The notes under the pieces: model-generated
Databases searched by the model: none
What the model saw: the letters and a program-made list of their open reading frames with translations, nothing else
What the model was told of the DNA's origin: nothing
Origin: Vicinamibacteria bacterium
GTDB lineage: Bacteria > Acidobacteriota > Vicinamibacteria > Marinacidobacterales > Marinacidobacteraceae
Direction of reading: 5' to 3'
NCBI GenBank assembly: GCA_965116805.1
Contig: OZ220713.1
Coordinates: 2,041,853 to 2,105,852, forward strand
Length of the DNA stretch: 64,000 bases
Part shown: positions 46,866 to 56,162 of the stretch, piece after piece
How the letters are laid out: each line of letters starts with the position of its first letter
How positions within the stretch are numbered: position 1 is the first letter of the stretch
Translations under genes and position numbers: made by a program

Positions 46866-48307
46866 AGCGTCATCGCGAGCCGTACGGGCTCGGGGACCGG
46901 CTGCGGCCGGGAGAGGAGACCGGCGGCGAGCAGGACGAGAAAGCCCGCCGCCATGGCGATCAGCGCCGAGGGGACCGGCAGTCCCGGCAGCAGGCTCTCG
47001 ATCGCGGCCAGCGAACCGAGTCCCGTCGCCATGGAGAGGACCGCGGCGCGCGCCGTGATCCGCTGCCAGGCGAGCCCGAGCAGCAGCGTGGGTGCGAGGG
47101 ACGCGGCGAACGCGCCGAACCCGAGCGTCCCGAGGAGCGCGATGAGGCCTCCTCCCGCGAGGTGCCAGGCGGCGATCCCCAGTGCCGCAAGCCCCACGAT
47201 CAGGGCCGCCAACCGGGCAGCGGCGAGGTTCGAGAACCGTTCCCGACGGAATGCCCGCGGGAGATCCCGGCAGAGGGCGGCCGCCCCCAGGTTCAGGAAC
47301 GCGTCGCTCGTGGACATGATGGCGGCGAGCACCGCGGCGGCGACGAGGCCGGCCAGCAGTTCCGGAGTGCCCGGCAGGCCGAGGACCGCGAGCGCCGCCT
47401 CGTCGGGGTGTGCGGAAGCGTTCCCCGGAGCGCCGCCGAGCAGGAGCATGGCGCCGGTTCCGAGGCCGATCCAGACGAGGATGCTGAGTCCCTGGGCGCC
47501 GCCGATCACCGCGGGCAGATAGCGGAGCGCCTCCGGGCTCTTCAGCATCAGGAACTTGTGGAGCATATGGGGTTGCCCGAGGGTGCCGATCGAGAAGAGC
47601 AGCAGGAAACCGAACCCCGTGGCGGGGTCCAGGACCCCCAGCGGCTCGAGGAATCCGCCGGCTTCCGGTCCCCGGGCGTTCACGCTCGCGGCGATGCCCG
47701 CCGGACCCCCGACTGCCGTCATGACCCAGCAGAACGCCGCCACCGCCGCCACCACCATCACGGCTGCCTGCAGCGCGTCGGTGTTCACCGAGGCCACCAT
47801 TCCGCCGGCGAGCGAGTAGGCGAGCACCACCGCCAGGCCGAGCACGAGACAGGTCGTCAGACTTACGTCAGGGAAAGCGAAGCGGGCGGCGCGGGCGAGC
47901 GCCGCGAGCTGGACTCCCAGATAGATCACGCTCCCGGTCAGGATGGCGACCGCCGCCAGCGCGGCGGGAGCCCGGCCTCCGAAGCGGAAGGCGATGGACT
48001 CCGGCAGGGTCTGGGCGCCGCTTGCTTCGGCGATCAGCACGAGCCGCCGGCCCACGGTACGGCACAGGAGCGCCGCCGTGAACCCGGCGGGAACTACGAT
48101 GAACAGCGAACCGAAGCCGACCTGGGCGGTCAGCCCCGGTCCGCCGAGGAACACGAAACCGCTGAAGGCGGAGGCGGCGACCGCGAGCCCCGCGCGGAGC
48201 GCGCCCAATCGGCGTCCGGCGACGAAGAAGTCCGACGAATCCCGCGTCTTCCGGACCGCGGCGACCCCGATCGCCAGGGTCAGGAGCAGCAGGAGCGCCG
48301 GGATCAA
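46862..48307 (-). CDS. Sodium:solute symporter (SSS family) transporter. TTG start overlaps the stop of the upstream small membrane protein (TTGA).
   Basis: (M)IPALLLLLTLAIGVAAVRKTRDSSDFFVAGRRLGAL... typical SSS N-terminus, about 13 TM. No in-frame ATG near the N-terminus. The far-upstream Met (48598) would add a non-membrane Arg-rich leader. Confidence 0.7.
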   Translation of the reverse strand: MIPALLLLLTLAIGVAAVRKTRDSSDFFVAGRRLGALRAGLAVAASAFSGFVFLGGPGLTAQVGFGSLFIVVPAGFTAALLCRTVGRRLVLIAEASGAQTLPESIAFRFGGRAPAALAAVAILTGSVIYLGVQLAALARAARFAFPDVSLTTCLVLGLAVVLAYSLAGGMVASVNTDALQAAVMVVAAVAAFCWVMTAVGGPAGIAASVNARGPEAGGFLEPLGVLDPATGFGFLLLFSIGTLGQPHMLHKFLMLKSPEALRYLPAVIGGAQGLSILVWIGLGTGAMLLLGGAPGNASAHPDEAALAVLGLPGTPELLAGLVAAAVLAAIMSTSDAFLNLGAAALCRDLPRAFRRERFSNLAAARLAALIVGLAALGIAAWHLAGGGLIALLGTLGFGAFAASLAPTLLLGLAWQRITARAAVLSMATGLGSLAAIESLLPGLPVPSALIAMAAGFLVLLAAGLLSRPQPVPEPVRLAMTL

Positions 48308-48732
48308 GAGTCTTCCCGCGATCGCGCGCGGAGCCGCTCCAGTTCCGCGGGAGTCGGCGGCGCGAACGAGACCGCGAAACCGAGGCTCGTCAGTACCAGG
48401 GGAACCAGCCAGACCCCGAGCAGGAGTCCCCAGAGCGACCGGGGCAGGCCGGAGAAGCCGGGGCCGTCCGCGAGGCCCGCCGCGAGCAGCGCGCCGGAGG
48501 CGAGGGAAAGCCCGAACCCGATGCCGATCGCACGACGGATCCGCTTCTGCCGCTGCCCCGCACCGGTCTCCGGGCGGCCGGCGGAGCCGACGCTCCACAC
48601 GGCGATGACGGCGGCGCTCACCGCGGCGGCAGCGAGCAGACCCGCGGATTCACCGGGCAGGAGAAGCGCCGCCGCCGCGGCAACCACCAGGGACGCCGCG
48701 AGAATTCGGGACCGGCCCCCTTTGGCTAGCAT
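48304..48732 (-). CDS. Small 4-TM membrane protein, probable SSS-transporter accessory subunit
   Basis: MLAKGGRSRILAASLVVAAAAALLLPG...; all-hydrophobic helices. Stop overlaps the transporter start. Confidence 0.55.
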   Translation of the reverse strand: MLAKGGRSRILAASLVVAAAAALLLPGESAGLLAAAAVSAAVIAVWSVGSAGRPETGAGQRQKRIRRAIGIGFGLSLASGALLAAGLADGPGFSGLPRSLWGLLLGVWLVPLVLTSLGFAVSFAPPTPAELERLRARSREDS

Positions 48733-48755
48733 TTCCTCATCCAGGCAGGTTTTTC

Positions 48756-49577
48756 ATGGTAGCCCGATTGTCCCCCGCCGCCGTTGTCATCGCCGCCCTG
48801 GGCGCCGCCTCCTGCGAGGCTCCCCCGGAACCGTCCCCGCCACCCGGCCCCGAGACCGTCGCCGGCTGGACGATGGTGGATCTCAGTCACGAATACGGCG
48901 AGAACACGCTCTACTGGCCCACCGACCAGAAGGGGTTCCAGCTCGACACCCTGGCGGAAGGAATGACCCCGGCCGGCTTCTTCTACGCCATGAAGGAGTT
49001 CGCGACCGCCGAGCACGGCGGAACGCACCTCGACGCGCCGTACCACTTCTACGAGGGCGCCGACCTCGTCGGCGATATTCCGCTCCGCCGGCTGATCGCT
49101 CCCGGGGCGGTGGTGGACGTGAGCGCGCAGGCCGCGGCGGACGCGGACTACCGGGCGAGTGCGGAGGACATCCGGAATTGGGAGGCGGAACACGGGGTCA
49201 TCGCTCCGGGCACCGCCGTCCTCTTCCGGACCGGGTGGGCTGCCCGCTGGCCGGATGCGCTCACCTATCTCGGTGACGACGAGCCGGGGAGCGCCGACAA
49301 CCTGCACTTCCCGGGGCTCGCGGAGGATGCAATGCGGCTCCTGGTGGAGCGGGACGTGGGGCTCGTGGGCATCGACACCGCGAGCGTGGACTACGGCCCC
49401 TCCACCGACTTCATCGTGCACCAGGTCGGCGGCGCGGCCGGGATTCCCAACCTCGAGAACGTCGGGGATCTTTCCGAAGTGCCGGAGACGGGATTCCTGC
49501 TGATCGCCCTGCCCATGAAGATCGAGGCCGGCACCGGCGCCCCGGTGCGGATCGTCGCGCTGATTCCGCCAGCCTGA
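48756..49577 (+). CDS. Cyclase-family protein (kynurenine formamidase-like)
   Basis: ...EHGGTHLDAPYHF... HxGTHxDxPxH cyclase motif. Signal peptide. Confidence 0.8.
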   Translation: MVARLSPAAVVIAALGAASCEAPPEPSPPPGPETVAGWTMVDLSHEYGENTLYWPTDQKGFQLDTLAEGMTPAGFFYAMKEFATAEHGGTHLDAPYHFYEGADLVGDIPLRRLIAPGAVVDVSAQAAADADYRASAEDIRNWEAEHGVIAPGTAVLFRTGWAARWPDALTYLGDDEPGSADNLHFPGLAEDAMRLLVERDVGLVGIDTASVDYGPSTDFIVHQVGGAAGIPNLENVGDLSEVPETGFLLIALPMKIEAGTGAPVRIVALIPPA

Positions 49578-49662
49578 CCCGGTACCCGAGAGTGCGCCCC
49601 AACCGCGCCAAGGCCGGCTGTACGGGCGGCGGTAGCTGACCACCCGGCTTTCCGGTTTCATC

Positions 49663-51060
49663 ATGCCCCTGGGCTTGAAGACGCGGCGCCTGCTCGCACT
49701 CGTCGTCGAATCGCTGCGGGGTTCCGACCGCGACCTGACGTCCGGGCCGCTCACCCCCGCGGTGTTCGTCCTCGCCGTGCCGATGGCGCTCGAAATGGTG
49801 GGCGAGTCCATCTTCGCCGTGGTGGACGCGTTCTTCATCGCGCGCCTGGGCGCGCCGTCGCTCGCGTCCGCGGGGATCACCGAGACCGCGCTCGATCTGG
49901 TGTACGCCATCGCGATCGGCTTTTCGTTCGCGGTGACCGCGGTGGTGTCCCGCCGGTTCGGGGAAGGGGACCGGCGGGGAGCGGCGCGCGCGGGCGTCCA
50001 GGCGATCGGGCTCGGACTCGTGGTTTCGGTCGCCCTCGGAGTGCTCGGGGTGATCTTCGCGCCCCGGGTGCTGGGCCTCATGGGGGCGGATGCCGAGACG
50101 GTCGCCGTCGGTACGACCCACGCCCGGATCATGTATGCCGGGATGGCCACGATCATCCTCCTGTTCCTGAACAACGCGATCCTGCGGGGGGCGGGAGACG
50201 CCCAAGCGGCCATGCGGGCGCTTTGGCTCTCGAACGGAATCAACATCGTGCTGGATCCCTGTCTGATCTTCGGACTGGGACCGTTCCCCGAACTCGGGCT
50301 TCCGGGGGCCGCCGTGGCCACCACGATCGGCCGGGGAACCGGGGTCCTCTACCAGTTCTGGATCCTCACCCACGGGTCGCGGCTCCGGATCCGGCGCGAG
50401 GACATCCGGACCCAGTGGGGAGTGCTCCGGAACCTCTGCCGGGTGTCAGTCGGCGGGATCGCGCAGATGCTCGCCGACATGCTGCCGTGGATCCTGCTCA
50501 TCCGCATCATCGCGAGCTTCGGCACCCTCGCGGTCGCCGGCTGGGTCATCGCCATCCGGGTGGCGCTCTTCGTCATCCTCCCGTGCTGGGGACTCTCGAA
50601 TGCGGCGTCCACGCTCGTCGGCCAGAACCTCGGGGCCGGGAAGCCGGACCGCGCCGAACGGGCGGTCTGGATCACCGCCGGCTGGAACATGGCGTTCATG
50701 GGCCTGGTGACGGGGGGCTTCGTGTTCTTCGCTCCGGACATCGCCCGGATCTTCACCGACGATCCGGAGGTGCTCGGCATCGCCGCCACCGCGCTGCGCG
50801 TGGTCAGCTACGGCTATGTCTTCTACGCGCTGGGCATGGTCACCCGGCAGGCCTTCAACGGCGCGGGGGACACCCGCACCCCGACCTGGATCGACCTCGT
50901 CTGCTTCTGGCTCTTCGAAATCCCGGCGGCCTGGCTGCTGTCCCGCACCGACCTCGGCGTGGACGGGGTGTTCTGGGCGGTGGCGCTCGCCTATTCCCTG
51001 TCCGCGGTGGTCAGCACGCTCGTCTTCCGGCGGGGCGGCTGGAAGACGACGTCCGTCTGA
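49663..51060 (+). CDS. MATE-family efflux transporter
   Basis: 12-TM topology, MatE repeats (...GAGDAQAAMRALWLSN..., ...GAGDTRTPTWIDLV...). Confidence 0.85.
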   Translation: MPLGLKTRRLLALVVESLRGSDRDLTSGPLTPAVFVLAVPMALEMVGESIFAVVDAFFIARLGAPSLASAGITETALDLVYAIAIGFSFAVTAVVSRRFGEGDRRGAARAGVQAIGLGLVVSVALGVLGVIFAPRVLGLMGADAETVAVGTTHARIMYAGMATIILLFLNNAILRGAGDAQAAMRALWLSNGINIVLDPCLIFGLGPFPELGLPGAAVATTIGRGTGVLYQFWILTHGSRLRIRREDIRTQWGVLRNLCRVSVGGIAQMLADMLPWILLIRIIASFGTLAVAGWVIAIRVALFVILPCWGLSNAASTLVGQNLGAGKPDRAERAVWITAGWNMAFMGLVTGGFVFFAPDIARIFTDDPEVLGIAATALRVVSYGYVFYALGMVTRQAFNGAGDTRTPTWIDLVCFWLFEIPAAWLLSRTDLGVDGVFWAVALAYSLSAVVSTLVFRRGGWKTTSV

Positions 51061-51091
51061 GCCCGGGACGTCGTTGCCGTGGGGACGGCCG

Positions 51092-53185
51092 CTACTCCCC
51101 GGCGAGCCCGATGAGGAACGCGTAGATCTCCGCGGTCTCTTCAAGTCCCCGGTAGCGCCCCGAGCGGCCGCCGTGGCCGGCGTCGAGGTTCGTGCGCAGG
51201 AGGATCCGCGCGTCCGGATCGGTGTTGTGTTCCCGCAGGCGCTGCACCCATTTCGTGGGCTCCCAGAACTGCACCTGCGAGTCGTGGAGCCCGCTGGTGA
51301 CCAGGATGTGGGGCAGGGGGGCCTCGGGGACGTTCTCGTAGGGGGCATAGCCGGCCAGCAGTTCGAAGAACTCCTTCCGGTTGGGATCGCCCCACTCGTC
51401 GTACTCGGCGGTGGTGAGGGGAATGTCCGGGTCGAGCATCGTGTTCAGCACGTCCACGAAGGGGACGATCGCCACCATCCCGGCGAAGAGTTCGGGTTCC
51501 TCGTTGAGGACCGCTCCCATCAGGAGCCCCCCGGCGCTGCCCCCCATGGCGAACATCCGGCGCGGATCGCACATCCGGCGCTTTCGGAGATGGTGCGCGC
51601 AGGCGATGAAGTCGCGGAAGGTGTTCGCCTTCCGCTCCTGCCGTCCCGCCTCGTACCAGGCGCGGCCGAGTTCCTGGCCCCCGCGGATGTGCGCGACCGC
51701 GAAGGCGAAACCCCGGTCAAGCAGGCTGGGGCGCGCCCGGGAGAAGGCGGGATCCATGGAGATGCCGTAGGCGCCGTAGCCGTAGAGCAGCAGGGGCGAC
51801 GACGGCGACGGCGGATGGTCCCGGTGGTGGGCCAGCGAAATGGGGATTCGGGTCCCGTCGTCCGCTCTCGCCGAAAGCCGGCGCACCCGGTAGTCCGCGG
51901 AGCGGAAGCCGGGCACCTCTTCCCGCTTCAGCGTGCGCCGCCGGCCCGTTGCGAGGGAGACCGCGAGGGTGGTCGGCGGCGTTTTGGGGGTGCTCACCAC
52001 CACCCGTACCTCACCGGAGCCGGGTTCCGGGTTGCTTTCCTCGTCGAGCGCCCGCACCGGGCCCGGCAGCGCCACCCGCCGGCCCGCGCCGCCGTCCCAG
52101 TCCAGCAGGCGGAGTTCCTGGCGCCCGGCGCGCCGCTCGAAGAGCGCCAGGTGGGTGTCGAAGAGCTCGAAGCCTTCGAGCTGGACATCCTTCCGCGACG
52201 GAACGAGGTCCTGCCACATCGTTTCGTCCGCGGGGTTCTCCTCGGGTGCGGCCACCAGCCGGAAATCGGGAGCGCCGCGGTTGGTCCGGATCAGGAAGCG
52301 GCCCCGGAAGTGATCGAGTTCGAACTCGTGGGGTCCACCCCTCGGAATCAGCCGGCGGAGTGGCGCCTCCGGCTCGCCGCTCGGGATCGCCCAGGCCTCC
52401 GCCCGGTCCGTCTGCTCGCAGTGGAGCAGCACGAACTCCCGGGAGCGGCTCTCGTGGGCAGCCACCCAGAAGGTCTCGTCCGTCTCCTCGTACACCAGGG
52501 CGTCCTGCTCGACGGGCTGTCCGAGGCGGTGCAGCATCACCTTCGACCAGCGCAGGGTCTCGGGATCGGGTCGGGTGTAGAACACCGCGTCCCCGGCGGC
52601 CGCCCAGACGACGTTCGGCGCGGCGCCCGGGATCCGGTCCGGGAGGACGCCCCCCGAGCGCATGTCCAGGAAACGGAGTTCGTAGAGGCGCCGCCCCACG
52701 GTGTCGGCCGCGAAGGCCAGGATCTCGTGGTTGGGGGAGACTTCGAGAGCCCCCATCGAGAAGTAGCCGTCGGCCGCCTCCCCGTGCGCCTCGCGGGCCA
52801 GTTGGTTCCCGTCCAGCAGGAGTTCTTCCCGGCCCGCCCGGCGGCCCTCCGATCCGGCCCGGCGGCGGCAGAACACCGGGTACTCCTCGCCGCGGCGGTA
52901 GCGTGAGGAGTACAGGAAGGGGCCGTGCCGGACCGGCGGAGAGGCGGTGTCCGGGACGATGCGGGACTTCATCTCCTCGAGCACCGCGTCGCGAATGCCG
53001 GACCAGGGGGCGAGACACCGTTCGGTCCAGGCGTTCTCCGCCCTGAGGTGGCGGAGGACTTCCGGGTCCTCGCGATCCCGGATCCAGGCCCAGGGATCCG
53101 TCCAGCGCCGCCCGAACTTCTCGTAGGACGCGGGGCGGCGAGCCGCGCGCGGCGGCCCGGAGCGCGAGTCGCCGCTGGAGGTCAT
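51092..53185 (-). CDS. ptrB: Oligopeptidase B (protease II, S9A family)
   Basis: ...DPWAWIRDREDPEVLRHLRAENAWTE... PtrB N-terminus. Ser nucleophile GGSAGGLLMGAV. ...TSGLHDSQV... and ...DAGHGG. Confidence 0.85.
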   Translation of the reverse strand: MTSSGDSRSGPPRAARRPASYEKFGRRWTDPWAWIRDREDPEVLRHLRAENAWTERCLAPWSGIRDAVLEEMKSRIVPDTASPPVRHGPFLYSSRYRRGEEYPVFCRRRAGSEGRRAGREELLLDGNQLAREAHGEAADGYFSMGALEVSPNHEILAFAADTVGRRLYELRFLDMRSGGVLPDRIPGAAPNVVWAAAGDAVFYTRPDPETLRWSKVMLHRLGQPVEQDALVYEETDETFWVAAHESRSREFVLLHCEQTDRAEAWAIPSGEPEAPLRRLIPRGGPHEFELDHFRGRFLIRTNRGAPDFRLVAAPEENPADETMWQDLVPSRKDVQLEGFELFDTHLALFERRAGRQELRLLDWDGGAGRRVALPGPVRALDEESNPEPGSGEVRVVVSTPKTPPTTLAVSLATGRRRTLKREEVPGFRSADYRVRRLSARADDGTRIPISLAHHRDHPPSPSSPLLLYGYGAYGISMDPAFSRARPSLLDRGFAFAVAHIRGGQELGRAWYEAGRQERKANTFRDFIACAHHLRKRRMCDPRRMFAMGGSAGGLLMGAVLNEEPELFAGMVAIVPFVDVLNTMLDPDIPLTTAEYDEWGDPNRKEFFELLAGYAPYENVPEAPLPHILVTSGLHDSQVQFWEPTKWVQRLREHNTDPDARILLRTNLDAGHGGRSGRYRGLEETAEIYAFLIGLAGE

Positions 53186-53307
53186 GCGGCGGGAAGGGTA
53201 GCCGGGGCGACTCCGAGACTCCTGATGGCTGCAATGAGATGCGTCGCAGGTGGTGTCGGCACACCAGGTACTTCTTCGAGCGGGTGCATCCGAAGTACGT
53301 TTTCCCT

Positions 53308-53508
53308 GTGCGAACCACGCTCGATCTTCCCGCTGAACGGCTCGCCGAAGCGCAACGATTGCTCGGCTCCAAGTCGAAGACCGACACGGTGGTGCAGTCC
53401 CTACGGGAGCTGATCCGACGGAAACGGACCGAAGAACTCAGGGAACTGCTCGGAAGCGTCACCCTCGATGTGGATGTTCCGAGATCACGGCGTCGTGCCA
53501 GTCAATAG
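53308..53508 (+). CDS. VapB-family (RHH, DUF2191-like) type II antitoxin, orphan. C-terminus may carry a fused remnant of a vapC start.
   Basis: (V)RTTLDLPAERLAEAQRLLGSKSKTDTVVQSLRELIRRKRTEELRELLGS then VTLDVDV... (VapC proteins typically begin M.LDTNVLI). GTG start at 53308. No PIN gene follows. Confidence 0.5.
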   Translation: MRTTLDLPAERLAEAQRLLGSKSKTDTVVQSLRELIRRKRTEELRELLGSVTLDVDVPRSRRRASQ

Positions 53509-53654
53509 GGACTGGCTGCCATCGCGGCAAAGCGGACCCTGATTCCGGGCGGAAGCCCGAGCGGCGGCTCCGTTGGGAGAAACGCGCCTGGTCCGGTGCT
53601 ACTGCACATCCCGCCGGTCACGAACCGGCGCTCCCATGCGCCGTCGGGAACGCC

Positions 53655-56072
53655 TTAAGGATTCAACTGAAGCCGGTGTTCCGTCACCGACTCGACCTTG
53701 GCGCGCGTGTAGGCGAGCGGGAAGTACTGGTTGCGGACCCAGAGCTCGAAGAGGTCGCGGTAGTGCGGGTTCATCGGGTCGCCGGACTGGCCGGGGGCGC
53801 TCGTGGCGATGGAGTTGTCCCAGTTGGACGGGTCCAGGATGACGCGGAAGCTGCCCCCGGAACGCTGGTTGTCGCTGCCTCCGGTGTTGTTCACCGTGGA
53901 CTCGTAGCCGCCCCGCGGGTAGGGGCCGACCTCGAGGAGCTGCCGGGTCTCTTCGTTCACGGCCTGGGCCATGTAGTGGGTGATGTGCACGTGCTTCATG
54001 GCGTTCTGGCCGTAGTGCCAGTTCGCCATGTCGGCGCCGAGCCGCTCCGTCACGTCCTGCACCCCGTCGGCGAAGGCCTGTACCAGCAGCGCGTCCCGCG
54101 CCGTGATCGGGTCGTCCCCGAACTGGCCGAGGGGCGCCATCAGGTGGTCGAGCATGCGCTTCTTGTTCACCCCCCGGACCAGTCCGCGGGCGGCCTCGGG
54201 AATGAAGAGCTCGCGCATCGCCTCGGAAACCCGCCGCTCGAAGTGGAGGTAGATGGTGGCCGCCACGGAGTCCTTGTCCATCACGAAGTCCCAGTCGGCC
54301 AGGGCGGCCATCGCGGCGCTCTCCGGCGGCTCCGCCTGCATCAGCAGCGGCACCAGGTTCCGGGCCACCACGCTGAGCTCGTCGTGCTGGTAGGCCATCA
54401 TGTCCTGGACGGTGTGGCGCTGGCCGTTCCGCATCAGTTCGTCCACCCGCAGGCCGCGCATCTCGTCGCCCCAGGTGAAGTGCAGGGCTTCGGGGTGGGG
54501 GTAGTGGGAAGCCACCGCGGGCGCCATCAGGTTGTTCGCCGTGCCCCAGAAGCCCTTCTCGGGGTTCTTGACCGCGGGCAGCGCCTTGATCGGCAGGTAT
54601 CCCTGCCACTCGTAGCGTCCGTCTCCGGGCACGGGGACGAGTCCGCTCCAGTTGGCGTTCCGGATGGGCGAGACGCCCACCGCCTGGTACCCGATGTTCC
54701 CGTCCACGTCGCCCCAGATCATGTTCTCGGCGGGGATGCCGCTGTAGTTGCAGGCCTCGACGAACTCCTCCCAGGTCTGCGCCTGGTCCATCCGCAGGCT
54801 GGCGAGGTAGGGGGAGTTGCCGATCTCGAGCCAGGCGGCGCGGAGCGCGTAGGCCTTGTTGTTCTCCGCGTCCTCGTAGACCACCGGGCCGTGGCGGGTG
54901 TACTTCAGCGTTGCCTCGTGGTCGGCGGCTCCCTTGACCTCGATGGTCTCGGCGCGGACGGTCATGGACTCCCAACCGCCGAGGTAGCGGTACTGGTTCG
55001 GGTCGTCGGGATTCGTGTCGTAGACCATCAGGTCCTCGTTGTCCTGGCCGAAGACGGTCAGGCCCCAGCCGCCCTTCTCGTTGTGGCCGATCGAAAGGCC
55101 GGGGAGGACCGGTTCGCCGCCCCCGATGACGTCCCAGCCCGGCGCCTTCAGGTGGACGAAGTAGCGGAGCGAGGGCGCCACGATCGTGCGGTGGGGGTCG
55201 TTCACGATGAGCGGCAGCCCGGTCCAGGTCCGCTCCCCGTGCGCCACCCAGTTGTTCGAACCGATGTGCTCCCCGAGGTCCACCATGGTCAGTTCGGAGG
55301 GGATTTCCCGGAGGAGCGCCAGCCGTTCGGCGTCCCGGTTCCGGTAGTCGGCGGCGATCTGTTCCGGCTTGAAGACCACCGGACCGCGGAAAGCGCGGTA
55401 GATGTCGAGGATCTCGGGCTTCAGCAGCGATCCGTCGATCGCCGGGTCGAGTTCTAGCTGGGGCACCCCCGGCCGGAACCAGTCGATCTCCATGAGCGTT
55501 TCGGCGCCCACCGCGGCCACCGCCATTCCGTAGTTGAGCTCCTGGTTCACGTTGGACAGGAGTCCCTGGTGGCGGGAGATCACCACCTCCTCCGTCCAGG
55601 GCTCCGGGAGGATGCCGAGCAGGCGGAACTCGAGGGGCAGGGAATCCGGGTCCTGCCGGGCGCGTTCCACGGCAGCGTTGATGCCGCGTACGAAGGCCGG
55701 GATGATCTTGTCCCCGCGCGGGTGGTACCACCGCATCTCCTCGCCCATGTCCTTCCGGAACATGTGGAGACGGGTGCCGATGTCCCGCTGCAGTTCCGAC
55801 GGGCCCAGGATGGCCGCGACGGTCCCGGTCGCCTGCCGCCGCCACATCTCGAACTGGAACAGGCGGCTCTCGGCGGCGCGGTAGCCCTGGACGAAGAACA
55901 GGTCGTCCTCGTTCTCGGCGTAGATGTGGTCGAGTCCCCAGCGGTCGGTCAGAACCTCGACGGGAGCATGGAGCCCCGAAACCTGGCGGGTCTCGTCCTG
56001 GGCTGCGGCCCCGGCGGCGAGAAGAGCGCTGACGAGCAGCGGCCGGAAAACGCGGACGGCGGAAAGACGCAT
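53655..56072 (-). CDS. Penicillin-acylase-family (S45, Ntn-hydrolase) protein, secreted, 805 aa
   Basis: Signal peptide MRLSAVRVFRPLLVSALLAAGAAAQ. ...GSNNWVAHGERTWTGLPLIVNDPH... contains the S45 autoproteolytic nucleophile region. Confidence 0.85.
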   Translation of the reverse strand: MRLSAVRVFRPLLVSALLAAGAAAQDETRQVSGLHAPVEVLTDRWGLDHIYAENEDDLFFVQGYRAAESRLFQFEMWRRQATGTVAAILGPSELQRDIGTRLHMFRKDMGEEMRWYHPRGDKIIPAFVRGINAAVERARQDPDSLPLEFRLLGILPEPWTEEVVISRHQGLLSNVNQELNYGMAVAAVGAETLMEIDWFRPGVPQLELDPAIDGSLLKPEILDIYRAFRGPVVFKPEQIAADYRNRDAERLALLREIPSELTMVDLGEHIGSNNWVAHGERTWTGLPLIVNDPHRTIVAPSLRYFVHLKAPGWDVIGGGEPVLPGLSIGHNEKGGWGLTVFGQDNEDLMVYDTNPDDPNQYRYLGGWESMTVRAETIEVKGAADHEATLKYTRHGPVVYEDAENNKAYALRAAWLEIGNSPYLASLRMDQAQTWEEFVEACNYSGIPAENMIWGDVDGNIGYQAVGVSPIRNANWSGLVPVPGDGRYEWQGYLPIKALPAVKNPEKGFWGTANNLMAPAVASHYPHPEALHFTWGDEMRGLRVDELMRNGQRHTVQDMMAYQHDELSVVARNLVPLLMQAEPPESAAMAALADWDFVMDKDSVAATIYLHFERRVSEAMRELFIPEAARGLVRGVNKKRMLDHLMAPLGQFGDDPITARDALLVQAFADGVQDVTERLGADMANWHYGQNAMKHVHITHYMAQAVNEETRQLLEVGPYPRGGYESTVNNTGGSDNQRSGGSFRVILDPSNWDNSIATSAPGQSGDPMNPHYRDLFELWVRNQYFPLAYTRAKVESVTEHRLQLNP

Positions 56073-56162
56073 GGCCTGACTCCTTCGGGTGGACTTGAGC
56101 GGGGCCGATGATACGGGAGAGCACCGTTTTCTTTTGCCGAAACCGCCGTATCCGCTGATAAC

